The notes: a model not told the origin generated them from the letters alone. A stretch of 64,000 nt of DNA from an uncultured Candidatus Saccharibacteria bacterium (GCA_964361095.1 CAYHZA010000002.1:49594-113593); one strand, 5' to 3'. Positions 1 through 10,392 are shown, counted from the stretch's first letter. A program made the numbers and translations.

Positions 1-446
1 TGAGAAAAACAATAAATCAAGAAACTCGTTTTGATAGTACCAAAGAGCTAATCTCCAAAAGACTGAAGGAGTTTTTAAATTATACATCAATAAATAGTAT
101 ATGTCAAATAGCACTATAATCTATTATAAACCTTAATGCGGCAAATAATCCGGCAAAATAATGCGGCAATTGCCGCATGTAGGTTTTATGCGACTACCCG
201 ATAAGCGCATGAAACCTACACTTTTTATTTTTGATAAACATTTTGGCAATTATTCATTATTTTCTAAAACCCGATAAGCGCATGAAACCTACATTTCTTA
301 GTTTTTTTACTTTTAAAATGTTTCGCGCGAAACATTGTACATAAAGATTCGCGATAAACATGCATAAAGTCTACATTTTGTAAAAACAATGTTTCGCGCG
401 AAACAATTCAATTTCTAGTGTACATGTTTCGCGCGAAACAATGCAG

Positions 447-890
447 TTATGCCCTCTGAAAATTATTTTCGTAGAAACCCGAATTATAAAGTCTATGGAT
501 GAGTTTATAGCTTTTTGGCACAAGTGGATCCGAACCAATCCTTTCCAGCCATATATCAAACTGGACCGCCTTATATCCATTTAGTTTTTTATAGAATAAA
601 GGAACTATAATGTTTTTTATCTGACCTATGTCCCTGACTATAAGAATTGCCATTCCACCTCTTTTATAACCATCTTTTCTGATTCTTGGGGGATACTCAT
701 ATACTTTATTTCTAAGCCGAAGAAAATCTCTAACTTTTATAAGCAAGTCTTTATCTCTTCGGTTTAAGCCAAGGATAAAAGTTGGGAGCATCCTTTTGTC
801 ACCCTTATAATTTGCTGAACAAAAAGTGAAGCACCCTTCTCCCTCAACTAATCCCCTGATGTACTCGTAGGTGATTTCTTTTGGCATCAT
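447..890 (-). CDS. LAGLIDADG-family homing endonuclease (single-motif, 147 aa)
   Basis: Motif 'YIRGLVEGEGCFTF' matches the LAGLIDADG/GFxDGDGCF signature. A 147-aa single-motif form is typical of homodimeric homing endonucleases. No intron or rRNA context visible. Confidence 0.55.
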   Translation of the reverse strand: MMPKEITYEYIRGLVEGEGCFTFCSANYKGDKRMLPTFILGLNRRDKDLLIKVRDFLRLRNKVYEYPPRIRKDGYKRGGMAILIVRDIGQIKNIIVPLFYKKLNGYKAVQFDIWLERIGSDPLVPKSYKLIHRLYNSGFYENNFQRA

Positions 891-1342
891 TGTTTGTCAA
901 CAAACATTTATATGTGTTAGCGCATATACATTATATGCTAAAATTACAGCAAATGCTGGAAAGAAATGTTGGAAATATTGGAGAAAATATCGCCGAAAGA
1001 TTTTTAGCGGAAAAGAGATATAGGATAGTGGGGAAAAATTTTAGGCGCAAATTTGGGGAAATCGATATCATAGTTAAGGCGACGGACGGGATGCTTGTTT
1101 TCGTTGAAGTAAAGACCCTACGAAATTACGGCCCCGAAGGGTTAAAACCGGAAGACAATTTAAGTTCAGCGAAGCTAAAAAAATTCAAGCGGATCTGCGA
1201 GGGATATGTTGTGACTCACGGGGAGAACGTCAGGGAAGAAAAGGGGTGGAGAATGGATCTTGTTTGTGTTGAAATCCCTCGCGAAGAGAAATTGACATAT
1301 GAATTAAAAGATTGTATAATAAGACATTATGAAAATATTTAA
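881..1342 (+). CDS. yraN: YraN-family (UPF0102) endonuclease; true start probably an internal Met near 935-953
   Basis: 'GENIAERFLAEKRYRIVGKNFRRKFGEIDIIVKATDGMLVFVEVKT' matches the conserved YraN core. It overlaps the upstream minus-strand gene by 10 nt if the first ATG is used. Confidence 0.65.
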   Translation: MASLFVNKHLYVLAHIHYMLKLQQMLERNVGNIGENIAERFLAEKRYRIVGKNFRRKFGEIDIIVKATDGMLVFVEVKTLRNYGPEGLKPEDNLSSAKLKKFKRICEGYVVTHGENVREEKGWRMDLVCVEIPREEKLTYELKDCIIRHYENI

Positions 1343-1394
1343 GCTTTTAGGATTTGACACCGACTCAATTCGTTGTATGATAGTTTTGTAGATA

Positions 1395-1418
1395 GTCCGC
1401 ACCAGTGCGGATTTTTTA
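1395..1418 (+). terminator. rho-independent terminator after yraN
   Basis: Hairpin tccgca-ccag-tgcgga followed by TTTTTT. Confidence 0.55.
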
Positions 1419-1431
1419 AAAACAAATAATA

Positions 1432-2634
1432 ATGAATATAAACCTTAAAGAACTTTCCCGAGCAATCAATCAGGTGGCGGAAGAAAAGGGATTGGATCCG
1501 GAGAAAGTGTTGGAAGCAATCGAATCATCGATTGCCGCGGCGTATAAAAGAGAATATGGGCAACGCGGTGAAATTGTGAAAGCAAAGCTTGATACAAAAA
1601 GCGGGGCTTTGAAATTCTGGCAAGTTAAAACTGTTGTTGATGAAACGACAGTTCGTTTTGTTGATGAATCCGCGGAGGACGTCGGCGCTCCTTTTGAAAA
1701 GTTTTCGGAAGAAACGGCATTACCTCGCTTTAATTCCGAGCGGCACATTACGCTTGATGAAGCGAAAAAAATTGATTCCAAAGCTATCATAAGTGACGAG
1801 CTGTCGTTTCCTCTGGAAACTCATGAGAGTTTCGGAAGAATTGCTGCGCAGGCGGCGAAACAGGTAATCATACAAAAACTTCGGGAATCCGAGCGAACTT
1901 CTATTCTTTCCGAATGGCGCGACAAAGAAGGACAGATAGCGAGTGGTATTGTACAGCGTTTCGAACGAGGGCATATTTACATTGACCTTGGACGTACGGT
2001 GGGAGTGATGTTCGAGAATGAATCCGTTCCCGGAGAACATTATCGTCCCGGTGAGCGTCTCCGCTTTTTGGTTTTGGCCGTTCAAGAAGACACGCGACTT
2101 CCCGGAATTATTCTCTCGCGTTCCCATCCTAAATTCGTAAGCAAGCTTTTTGAAATGGAAGTTCCGGAGCTCGCGGACGGGGCTTGTGAAGTTAAGGTAA
2201 TCGCTCGCGAGCCGGGGAGCAGGACGAAAATCGCGATTGCTTCGAATGTGGCGGGCGTTGATCCGGTTGGCGCGTGCGTAGGGCAACGAGGGACGAGAGT
2301 CATGGCGGTGAATAATGAATTGGGACAAGAAAAAATAGATATTATTGAATGGTCCGAAGATGCGGCGAAGTTTATCGGAAACTCGTTGTCTCCCGCGAAG
2401 ACTCAATCGGTTGAGGTTTTGCCCCGCCGCGAAGCTCGGGTATATGTGGCCGAAGATCAATTAAGTCTTGCGATCGGAAAAGGCGGGCAAAACGTGCGCT
2501 TAGCCGCGAAACTTACGGGATGGAAAATAGATGTTCGTTCTCAAACGAGACCAGAGGAGGTCCAAGAGGGAGGCGTCGCGGTTGCATCCGAAGGAGAAGA
2601 GCCGGGTCCGGAACCGGCTAACCCGATTGAATAA
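1432..2634 (+). CDS. nusA: transcription termination/antitermination factor NusA
   Basis: 400 aa with an N-terminal NusA domain, an S1 region and KH-like regions ('IGKGGQNVRLAAKLTGWKIDV'). Confidence 0.9.
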   Translation: MNINLKELSRAINQVAEEKGLDPEKVLEAIESSIAAAYKREYGQRGEIVKAKLDTKSGALKFWQVKTVVDETTVRFVDESAEDVGAPFEKFSEETALPRFNSERHITLDEAKKIDSKAIISDELSFPLETHESFGRIAAQAAKQVIIQKLRESERTSILSEWRDKEGQIASGIVQRFERGHIYIDLGRTVGVMFENESVPGEHYRPGERLRFLVLAVQEDTRLPGIILSRSHPKFVSKLFEMEVPELADGACEVKVIAREPGSRTKIAIASNVAGVDPVGACVGQRGTRVMAVNNELGQEKIDIIEWSEDAAKFIGNSLSPAKTQSVEVLPRREARVYVAEDQLSLAIGKGGQNVRLAAKLTGWKIDVRSQTRPEEVQEGGVAVASEGEEPGPEPANPIE

Positions 2635-2673
2635 ATAAAAAGTCGTTCTATCGTTTTTAAAAAATAAAGGCAC

Positions 2674-4734
2674 ATGACACCAATTACGTTCGCTTTGTTG
2701 AGCAGTATCGTCGGAATTGTGGTCGCGTTAGGGCTTGCGTGGCAAATTTCCCGCAAACCTGCCGGCGACCACAAGATGCAGGAGATCGCAAAGGCGATTC
2801 AGATCGGAGCGCAAGCGTATTTGAATCGTCAGTATAAAGCAGTAAGCGTTGTCGCTCTTGTCGTTGCCATTCTTCTCTCTGTATTCGTAAATTGGAAGAC
2901 CATGGTTGCGTTTATTATCGGCGCGATCGCCTCGAGTATCGCGGGTTATATTGGAATGAGTGTTTCTGTGCGCGCAAATGTGCGTACCGCCGAAGCCGCG
3001 AAATCAGGAATAAAAGAAGCTCTCGATGTCGCGTTTAAGGGAGGTTCCGTAACCGGTCTTTTGGTGGTAGGACTGGCACTTCTCTCGGTAGCCGGATTCT
3101 ACGCGGCAACAAAAGATGTAACCGCGCTTATAGGATTGGGATTCGGGGGCAGTTTGATATCGGTTTTCGCGCGTCTTGGCGGAGGAATTTTTACAAAAGG
3201 CGCTGATGTGGGGGCTGATCTTGTGGGTAAAGTTGAGGCAGGAATTCCGGAGGATGATCCACGAAACCCCGCGGTGATTGCGGACAACGTAGGCGACAAC
3301 GTAGGCGATTGCGCCGGAATGGCGGCAGATCTTTTTGAAACATATGCCGTGACGGCAATCGCGGCAATGATTTTGGGCAATCTCGTTTTTCCGGGCTCCG
3401 AAATCGCGATCCTTTTACCGCTTATGATAGGAAGCGTCGCCATCATTGCTTCTATTATAGGTATATTTTTTGTGCGCCTGCCTGCTGGCAGGCAGGACTC
3501 GGCAGGAGATTCCAACATCATGGGAGCGCTTTACAAGGGGCTTATCGCATCAAGTGTTATTTCACTCCTTGGTTTTTGGTGGTTAGCTCAAAAATATGCC
3601 GGACGTATTATTGAATCCTTGGGTGGAGATATATACGTAGGGATGATGCCCGAAAGTCTCAGCGCGGGTCAAATTTTTATGCCCCTCCTTACGGGAATTT
3701 TAGTTACGGGACTCGTAGTAGTTATTACGGAATACTACACCTCGAAAAAATTTCGCCCCGTAAAATCTATCGCTCAATCTTCGGAAACAGGACACGGAAC
3801 GAATATTATCACGGGACTTTCCGTGGGAATGGAGTCAACTACGTTGCCTGCTATCGTTATCGCGATAGGAATTCTTGCCGCGTACGCGACCTCCGATCTT
3901 TATGGCATCGCGCTCGCGACGATGAGCATGCTTTCAATGGCGGGGATTATCGTCGCGATCGATGCCTACGGTCCCATTACGGATAACGCGGGCGGCATTG
4001 CGGAGATGGCGGGTTTGCCCAAGGAAGTGCGCGACGTGACCGATCCGTTGGACGCTGTGGGGAATACGACAAAAGCGGTAACCAAGGGATATGCCATCGG
4101 TTCGGCGGGACTTGCGTCCGTAGTACTCTTCGCTTCTTATGTACAGGATCTTCAAAGAGGAAATGAAACTGATTTTGTAACCGCGTTTGATCTAAGCAAT
4201 CCAAAGGTTATCGTTGGGCTCCTCTTGGGCGGGATGATCCCCTATCTCTTTGCTTCTATTTCGATGCGCGCGGTAAGTAAAGCGGCGGGAAGTGTTGTGA
4301 AAGAAGTGCGCCGGCAGTTTGCGGAAATTCCGGGGATTATGGCGGGCACTGCGAAGCCTGATTATGCGAAGTGTGTTGATATCGTAACGAAGGCGGCGAT
4401 TAAGGAGATGATTATTCCTGCGCTTTTACCCGTCGTGGCTCCGATAGTCGTTGCCTTTGCGCTTGGTGCCCAAGCGCTCGGCGGACTTTTGGTCGGTTCT
4501 ATTGTGACGGGTATTTTCGTTGCGATCTCAATGACGAACGGCGGCGCGGCATGGGACAACGCGAAGAAATATATCGAAGAAGGACATTTTGGAGGAAAAG
4601 GAAGCGAAGCGCACAAAGCGGCGGTCACGGGTGATACCGTCGGTGATCCTTATAAAGATACCGCCGGCCCGGCAATCAATCCGATGATAAAAATTATTAA
4701 TATTATTGCCCTCTTGCTTGTGCCGTTTCTCTAA
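2674..4734 (+). CDS. hppA: membrane-bound proton/sodium-translocating pyrophosphatase
   Basis: 686 aa polytopic membrane protein with the signature '[56 protein letters not shown]'. Confidence 0.9.
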   Translation: MTPITFALLSSIVGIVVALGLAWQISRKPAGDHKMQEIAKAIQIGAQAYLNRQYKAVSVVALVVAILLSVFVNWKTMVAFIIGAIASSIAGYIGMSVSVRANVRTAEAAKSGIKEALDVAFKGGSVTGLLVVGLALLSVAGFYAATKDVTALIGLGFGGSLISVFARLGGGIFTKGADVGADLVGKVEAGIPEDDPRNPAVIADNVGDNVGDCAGMAADLFETYAVTAIAAMILGNLVFPGSEIAILLPLMIGSVAIIASIIGIFFVRLPAGRQDSAGDSNIMGALYKGLIASSVISLLGFWWLAQKYAGRIIESLGGDIYVGMMPESLSAGQIFMPLLTGILVTGLVVVITEYYTSKKFRPVKSIAQSSETGHGTNIITGLSVGMESTTLPAIVIAIGILAAYATSDLYGIALATMSMLSMAGIIVAIDAYGPITDNAGGIAEMAGLPKEVRDVTDPLDAVGNTTKAVTKGYAIGSAGLASVVLFASYVQDLQRGNETDFVTAFDLSNPKVIVGLLLGGMIPYLFASISMRAVSKAAGSVVKEVRRQFAEIPGIMAGTAKPDYAKCVDIVTKAAIKEMIIPALLPVVAPIVVAFALGAQALGGLLVGSIVTGIFVAISMTNGGAAWDNAKKYIEEGHFGGKGSEAHKAAVTGDTVGDPYKDTAGPAINPMIKIINIIALLLVPFL

Positions 4735-4751
4735 TACATAATAAAGAAAAC

Positions 4752-5360
4752 ATGAGCCCATTTGAACGTATAGAAGGAAATAACTCGGAAGTAAATCCTA
4801 CAGAAGGAACGATAGAAAAGGAAGGTGCCAAAGAAATTCAAAGAGATGACCTTCTTCCCAAAACGCTTCACCTACTTCGCTCATATTTAGGATTAGAGAC
4901 CGAAGTGGAGGGATTTCCGAGAACACCCGAGGGGAAATTAGATTTTCAAAAGATAAACGAGAGAGAGCAAAGCAGAAAGAGTGAAGCCATTTTGAAATTG
5001 AAACCTCTTCTTGAAACATTCGGTGAGTCGTTGCCGGAAACACATGAGGGGATGCAAGCTCTCGAACAAAAGCTTAGTTTAGAAAATAATGCTCGATTGA
5101 GTAAAATAGCGGTCGAGGAAAAAGAACAACAACGCGTATTAATGCAAAGGTTAATTGAAGCCCGCAATAAAGATATTGCTACAGAAGACACAGAACAAAA
5201 AAAACGATTTGAAGAGTTACGCAAGCAGGGATTGATCAAAGATCCCCTACGGGGGGAAAACAAGGGAAACGTCATTTTTCCGCCGTTAGATGTAATCAAT
5301 GGAGGAAACCATGATCTTGGCGACGGTGATATAGATGGTGGTGATATCGGAGGACTTTAG
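4752..5360 (+). CDS. hypothetical charged coiled-coil protein with a Gly/Asp-rich C-terminus
   Basis: Intact 202-aa ORF in operon-like spacing between hppA and clpP. No recognisable domain. Confidence 0.4.
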   Translation: MSPFERIEGNNSEVNPTEGTIEKEGAKEIQRDDLLPKTLHLLRSYLGLETEVEGFPRTPEGKLDFQKINEREQSRKSEAILKLKPLLETFGESLPETHEGMQALEQKLSLENNARLSKIAVEEKEQQRVLMQRLIEARNKDIATEDTEQKKRFEELRKQGLIKDPLRGENKGNVIFPPLDVINGGNHDLGDGDIDGGDIGGL

Positions 5361-5372
5361 AAACTTAATACT

Positions 5373-5957
5373 ATGAACTTAATCCCCACAGTTATAGAAA
5401 AATCACAATACGGCGAGCGTGCGTACGACATCTACTCGCGGCTCCTCAAGGAACGCATTATCTTTTTAGGTGGGGCGATAAACGACGCGGTGGCAAACAA
5501 TGTAATCGCCCAGCTTCTTTTTTTGGAGCACGAAGATTCAAAAAAAGAAATAAAACTGTATCTGAATACTCCCGGAGGATCGGTAACGGCGGGGCTCGCT
5601 ATCTATGACACCATGCAGTACGTAAAGCCGGATGTTTCGACGATCTGCGTCGGTATGGCGGCTTCGATGGGAGCGGTATTGCTCGCGGCGGGCAAGAAGG
5701 GCAAGCGATTCGCACTCCCCAATTCGGAGATTTTGCTTCACCAAGTGATGGGCGGTGTTGAAGGACAGGCGATTGAAATTGAAATTACCGCGCGGCATAT
5801 CTTAAAGATCAAAGAAAAGATCAACCAGATCGTCGCGAAACACACGGGACAATCCGTCACGAAGATCGAAAAAGATACCGATCGCGATTTCTACATGACC
5901 CCGATTGAGGCGAAGGAGTACGGACTGGTGGACGAGATTATCAAGAACCACAAGTAA
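5373..5957 (+). CDS. clpP: ATP-dependent Clp protease proteolytic subunit ClpP
   Basis: '[45 protein letters not shown]...LLHQVMGG' places the catalytic Ser/His/Asp triad in the expected context. Confidence 0.9.
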   Translation: MNLIPTVIEKSQYGERAYDIYSRLLKERIIFLGGAINDAVANNVIAQLLFLEHEDSKKEIKLYLNTPGGSVTAGLAIYDTMQYVKPDVSTICVGMAASMGAVLLAAGKKGKRFALPNSEILLHQVMGGVEGQAIEIEITARHILKIKEKINQIVAKHTGQSVTKIEKDTDRDFYMTPIEAKEYGLVDEIIKNHK

Positions 5958-6349
5958 GCTCAGGCAATCGCTTCTGGCGATACCGAGCGTTCTTTTTTGC
6001 TAAAAAGCCGCCCTGCGCTCTCGCGCCGACGCGCTCCCTGCCGGCCGTCAGGCGGGCGAGAGCTATCGCCAAAAGAATTGCCTTCGCCGTTGCGCTGATT
6101 AACTTGTTTAAAGAGCAAGCTTTTGTTATCTCTGATAGCTTCTCATAAAATGAAATTCTCCGCTTTGGGAAACCCCATCTGGGGGTTTCTTAAAAATCAA
6201 AAACTTCCGCCGCCGGAAATTTATAGTGAAAACTCCAATATATTGGTTTACAAAAGGAAAACTTTCGCGGTTGAAAAAACGACTCGTGTTGGAAATTTAA
6301 GGAAACTGCAGATTTGTATCACTTTTTCATTTTGTGATATATTTATCTC

Positions 6350-7288
6350 ATGAAAGAAGGAGGGATGGAAAATTTAGACGACCATATCACTAGGCGTATC
6401 GAAAGGGATAACGCCGAAACGGGGTCAAGAGAAAAAATTAAGAGTGATGAAGGGTACATAGATAAAGACGAAGCATTGGTGACTGCCCATGCGGAAAAGC
6501 CATTCCGCGATGCGGCGAGAAACGAGGAGTATGCGAAAGAAGCCCCAGCCGGAACGAAAGAGTTTCTTGATTGGGTTGCCTCGGAAGAGGGAGAAAAAGC
6601 GTTAGAGCTTTTTAGGACCCAATCGGGAGCCGAAAAAAGTAGAGCACGAGAAATTCTACTTAATAAAGCAGTTGACGGAATTTTCATTCCAAATCTTATA
6701 TGGTCTCTTGAACGAGAGAAGGAGCATTTGGATTTGGGTCCCAAGGAAGAAGAAGACAAGAAGCAAACTTTTTTGGGTTCTGTAGACGTGGGCAAAATCA
6801 TTGCCAAGCCGGAGATAGAAAAGATACTTGACGGGGAAGAAGCCGATAAGCCAAGCAAGGCGGCTTGCGCTGCGCGAATTTTTTCGAATGTTTTGAGGAA
6901 TGGTAAGTCCGTTAACCCCACAGAAATTTCCAATAATCTACTTATTGTCGGTGAAAAAAGATTAGAAAAGTATGAGAAAGAAGCTGATTTAGCAAGGCGC
7001 CTAGTGAGGGGACATTCGGTAGCTGACTGCCTTCGCGAGTTGGCGATGGGGACGTATGTCCGGACCGGATTTTTTCAAGACTCTGCGAAGGAAGCGGAAA
7101 TTAAGAAGGAAACTGTAAATTTAGTACGTAATTATCTGGGGCTTATTACCGACGTGCGAGAGGGGAAAATTGCCGGTGGCGTTTCGGAATCGTTTAAGAA
7201 AAAGCGGGCCTATGATCTTGACGTGGATTTGGAGCGGGCAGGGTTTGTCTTTGACGAAAAGAGCCGAAAATATATTGAAGTAAAATAA
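6350..7288 (+). CDS. hypothetical highly charged (Lys/Glu-rich) protein
   Basis: 312-aa ORF with no recognisable domain and coding-like composition. Confidence 0.4.
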   Translation: MKEGGMENLDDHITRRIERDNAETGSREKIKSDEGYIDKDEALVTAHAEKPFRDAARNEEYAKEAPAGTKEFLDWVASEEGEKALELFRTQSGAEKSRAREILLNKAVDGIFIPNLIWSLEREKEHLDLGPKEEEDKKQTFLGSVDVGKIIAKPEIEKILDGEEADKPSKAACAARIFSNVLRNGKSVNPTEISNNLLIVGEKRLEKYEKEADLARRLVRGHSVADCLRELAMGTYVRTGFFQDSAKEAEIKKETVNLVRNYLGLITDVREGKIAGGVSESFKKKRAYDLDVDLERAGFVFDEKSRKYIEVK

Positions 7289-7301
7289 GCCAGTTCGGGA
7301 G

Positions 7302-8558
7302 TTGCGGAGTAACGAAGCCGCTATTCCGAAGCGGCTTTTTCGTGATAGAATAGTTCTAATGTCCACGAAAGAAGATCAGATAAAAAATCTATTGACTCGC
7401 AACGTCGAGCAGATAATCGAGCGGGATTATTTCGAAAAAGCGCTCACGAGCGGGAAAAAGTTGCGCGTGAAGCTCGGCATTGATCCGACCTCTCCCGATC
7501 TCCACTTGGGGCACGCGGTGATTCTTCGGAAGCTCAAGGAGTTTCAGGATTTGGGGCATAAAATTGTTTTGATTATCGGCGACTTTACTGGGCAGATCGG
7601 TGATCCATCCGGAAGGACTGAGGCACGTAAAGTGCTCACTGAAAAAGAAGTGAAAGTGAATATGAAAAAGTATCTTGTGCAAGCGGCGAAAGTACTTGAT
7701 ATAAAAAAAGTTGAAATCATTTATAACAGTGCGTGGTTTAAGAAAGAAGGTATCGCGAAAATAGTTGAACTTTCGCGCGCCGGAAGCATCCAGCAAATAC
7801 TTCGACGCGCGGAATTCAAGAAACGCTTAGAAGAAGGAAACGACATCACGCTTCTCGAAGCGCTTTACCCGTTGTTTCAAGGATACGATTCGGTAATGGT
7901 GAAGGCTGATGTGGAAATCGGCGGGACCGATCAGACGTTCAACCTCCTGATGGGGCGGAGGGTCCAGCGCCATTTTGGAATGAAGGAACAGGACATTATT
8001 ACAACACCTCTCCTCGAGGGACTCGACGGCATAAAAAAAATGAGTAAGAGTTTGGGGAATTATATCGGGCTTACCGACACGCCCGATGATATGTTCGGGA
8101 AAATAATGTCTTTGCCCGACAATATGATGCGCCGTTATTTTTTGTTATGCACCGATCGTATGGAAAGCGAAGTGCAGAAGCTTGAAAAAGAACTTTCCCC
8201 GCGGGACCTAAAGGCGCGGCTCGCGTTTGAGATCGTAAAAATTTATCACGGAGAGAAAAAAGCGAAGGCCGCGGAGGAGAAATTTACGAAGATTTTTACG
8301 AAGAAAGATTTAAGCGCCGCCGAACTGCCGGAGTTCAAGGTCAAAACAAGAAAGCTTTCTGTGCTAGATTTGATTTTGTCTTCTCGGGTAGTCAATCACT
8401 CGTCTCTTAAAAGCAAAAGCGAAGCCCAACGGCTTATAAGCCAAGGTGCAATTCAAATAAACGGAGAAACCAAAAAAGATATGCGAGAAATAGTTGAATT
8501 AAAAGACGACGATATTTTAAAGATCGGAAAGAAGAATTTTTTCAGGATTAAAATATAG
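7302..8558 (+). CDS. tyrS: tyrosine--tRNA ligase (true start possibly at the 'MSTKED' Met, about 7359)
   Basis: HIGH motif 'HLGHAV', KMSKS motif 'KMSKSLGNYI', and a C-terminal S4-like domain. Confidence 0.9.
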   Translation: MRSNEAAIPKRLFRDRIVLMSTKEDQIKNLLTRNVEQIIERDYFEKALTSGKKLRVKLGIDPTSPDLHLGHAVILRKLKEFQDLGHKIVLIIGDFTGQIGDPSGRTEARKVLTEKEVKVNMKKYLVQAAKVLDIKKVEIIYNSAWFKKEGIAKIVELSRAGSIQQILRRAEFKKRLEEGNDITLLEALYPLFQGYDSVMVKADVEIGGTDQTFNLLMGRRVQRHFGMKEQDIITTPLLEGLDGIKKMSKSLGNYIGLTDTPDDMFGKIMSLPDNMMRRYFLLCTDRMESEVQKLEKELSPRDLKARLAFEIVKIYHGEKKAKAAEEKFTKIFTKKDLSAAELPEFKVKTRKLSVLDLILSSRVVNHSSLKSKSEAQRLISQGAIQINGETKKDMREIVELKDDDILKIGKKNFFRIKI

Positions 8559-8679
8559 GTAGCTCCTCGTTGTTCAACTCCGCCATTCGCCGACTGGCGG
8601 AGCGTTCACCCGAGACATTCTGGATTAATTTGCTTCATACCGCATTGCAGCGGTTGTTCGAGTCCTATATTTTTTTAGC

Positions 8680-9297
8680 TTAAACTGGATATTTCTTCCA
8701 ATATTTGTAGAGGATAGGGCTTTCTTTTTTTATTTTGATCGAAACGTCTGGTGATTTTAAATCCCTAAATCTTCCGAAGTAAAATTTCCAGATTTTATTT
8801 TTGGCAGGACGTGAAAGCAAAAATTTTACATGTTGCCAATGAAATTTTTGGAGAAAGACCAATATTGTTAGTGATTTTTTATCTTTATGGTTTTTAAGTA
8901 TTTTTTTAATATTTTCTGCCATAAATCTCTCGCGAAGATATATTCTTATCCACCAAAATAGATTAGTTGTTTTGTTGGGGTTTTTATTGTTGCATTGATA
9001 TACGTTAGCTTCATTTACTAAATCATAAGGGCCGTCAACGGCATAAAGGATAGTATGGTGATTCTCTCGTCTAATCTTCACGATGTTTGTCCACATATAT
9101 TTATCTGATCTTACCCACGGATTTTTCAAAAGTATCTCTTTAGTAATCTTCGGAGATTTTGTCCTTTGTTCATAAGAACCAGAAGTAGTTAGATATTCCA
9201 AAAGTATGATATCCGGCTTGTATTTTAAAACAGCTTTGGCTTGCCGTTTATCAATATATTTATCCTCTCTACAATTTACCTGGATTAAATTAATCAT
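8680..9297 (-). CDS. hypothetical protein, markedly AT-rich orphan gene
   Basis: 205-aa ORF rich in Lys/Asn/Ile, with much lower GC than its neighbours. It lies downstream of the tRNA-Gly 3' end next to a partial tRNA duplication. Confidence 0.45.
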   Translation of the reverse strand: MINLIQVNCREDKYIDKRQAKAVLKYKPDIILLEYLTTSGSYEQRTKSPKITKEILLKNPWVRSDKYMWTNIVKIRRENHHTILYAVDGPYDLVNEANVYQCNNKNPNKTTNLFWWIRIYLRERFMAENIKKILKNHKDKKSLTILVFLQKFHWQHVKFLLSRPAKNKIWKFYFGRFRDLKSPDVSIKIKKESPILYKYWKKYPV

Positions 9298-9348
9298 AAT
9301 TTGGCACTTGAAAATCTGCGCCTCGGATACTCGGCGCGATTTTCTAAG

Positions 9349-9367
9349 TGAGCGGGTAAGGGGAATC
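9349..9367 (-). repeat. 19-bp duplicate of the tRNA-Gly 3' end (att-like remnant)
   Basis: 'gagcgggtaaggggaatcg' is identical to 9497-9515 inside tRNA-Gly, in the same orientation, about 130 bp downstream of the tRNA 3' end. Confidence 0.5.
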
Positions 9368-9493
9368 GCCTCTCGTCTTTACTAAGACTTGAAACCTTCA
9401 CTCGCTCTTCGCGAGCTGCGGCCCGCGGTTCGATTTCCCCACTATTCTAATAAGACTCAAAAAGCGTATCTTACGATATGCCCTTGAGTCTTA

Positions 9494-9567
9494 TGGAGCG
9501 GGTAAGGGGAATCGAACCCCTGTCATCAGCTTGGAAAGCTGAGGTAATGCCATTATACGATACCCGC
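9494..9567 (-). tRNA. tRNA-Gly(TCC), CCA encoded
   Basis: Reverse complement GCGGGTATCGTATAATGGCATTACCTCAGCTTTCCAAGCTGATGACAGGGGTTCGATTCCCCTTACCCGCTCCA folds as a cloverleaf. Anticodon loop is TTTCCAA, giving anticodon UCC. Confidence 0.8.
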
Positions 9568-9689
9568 CTTTGCTCGCCGTAGCGAGCTCCGGCGAGCAAG
9601 CCTGCTGAGATCGCAAGGTGAGAACCTTGTAAATACTGTTTTAATCTACCATTGCCGCTTGCTAATTTCAATGAAATCGGGTAGAAATA

Positions 9690-10292
9690 ATGGAATCAAT
9701 GTTACATTTTTCCCGGCGCATAAAGCTTAGTATTGTATTTTTCGCGGTTGTTATCTCCGGCTATGTCGTTGTCCACTTGGTTGCAAGTTTGGGCGGCGTA
9801 CCGCAGGAATTTAACGAAGCGCGGCTCCAAGGGGCGCTTATTGCCCAGAATATCGTAGACCTTTCGAATAAATCGGCGAGCGATTTAGGGAAGATTAACG
9901 AACTTGACCGCCAGAGGAATTTTAACGAAGCGCTCGCGCTTACGACGCAGGTCATTGCGCAAAGCCAAGAAATTCGAAACCAGGCGGTAGCGCTTTCCTC
10001 GGAAATTGAAAAGATGACGAGGTCGCTTTCCGGCATCGGTTCGGATGAGGCGCGACAGGCGGCGCTTGAATCAATTACGAGCCGATTGGCGCTGATTAGC
10101 CGCCTCATTAACTACAGCGCGTCGCTTGAAAATCTTTTGAGCGTGTTGCGGAATCGTTTTGCCGGAGCGCCATCGAGCCATACGAAGGTTCAGGGAATGA
10201 TTGATCAGATCAATGCCGAGGTAACCGCGATCAATAGCTTCAACAATCAGGCTGTTCAGGCAATGGAGCGCTTTGACGCGTTGATAAAATAG
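9690..10292 (+). CDS. hypothetical membrane-anchored coiled-coil protein
   Basis: N-terminal TM helix 'LSIVFFAVVISGYVVVHLVASL' followed by heptad-like helical sequence. Confidence 0.45.
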   Translation: MESMLHFSRRIKLSIVFFAVVISGYVVVHLVASLGGVPQEFNEARLQGALIAQNIVDLSNKSASDLGKINELDRQRNFNEALALTTQVIAQSQEIRNQAVALSSEIEKMTRSLSGIGSDEARQAALESITSRLALISRLINYSASLENLLSVLRNRFAGAPSSHTKVQGMIDQINAEVTAINSFNNQAVQAMERFDALIK

Positions 10293-10320
10293 TTGAGGGA
10301 GGCGCAGGTCGTTATGGTAT

Positions 10321-10392
10321 GGGGGTGTAGCTCAACGGCAGAGCATTCGTCTTATACACGAACGGTTGGAGGTTCGAGTCCTCCCGCCCCCA
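10321..10392 (+). tRNA. tRNA with anticodon UAU (tRNA-Ile2-like, TAT)
   Basis: GGGGGTG-TA-GCTC-AACGGCA-GAGC-A-TTCGT-CTTATAC-ACGAA-CGGTT-GGAGG-TTCGAGT-CCTCC-CGCCCCC-A gives a clean cloverleaf. U33, A37 and anticodon TAT are present. No CCA is encoded. Confidence 0.7.

Noticed and set aside
1-900. LAGLIDADG gene residing in a group I intron of an rRNA gene (common in CPR bacteria)
   Set aside because: The flanking sequence shows no rRNA-like conserved segments. yraN and nusA follow directly, so it appears free-standing.
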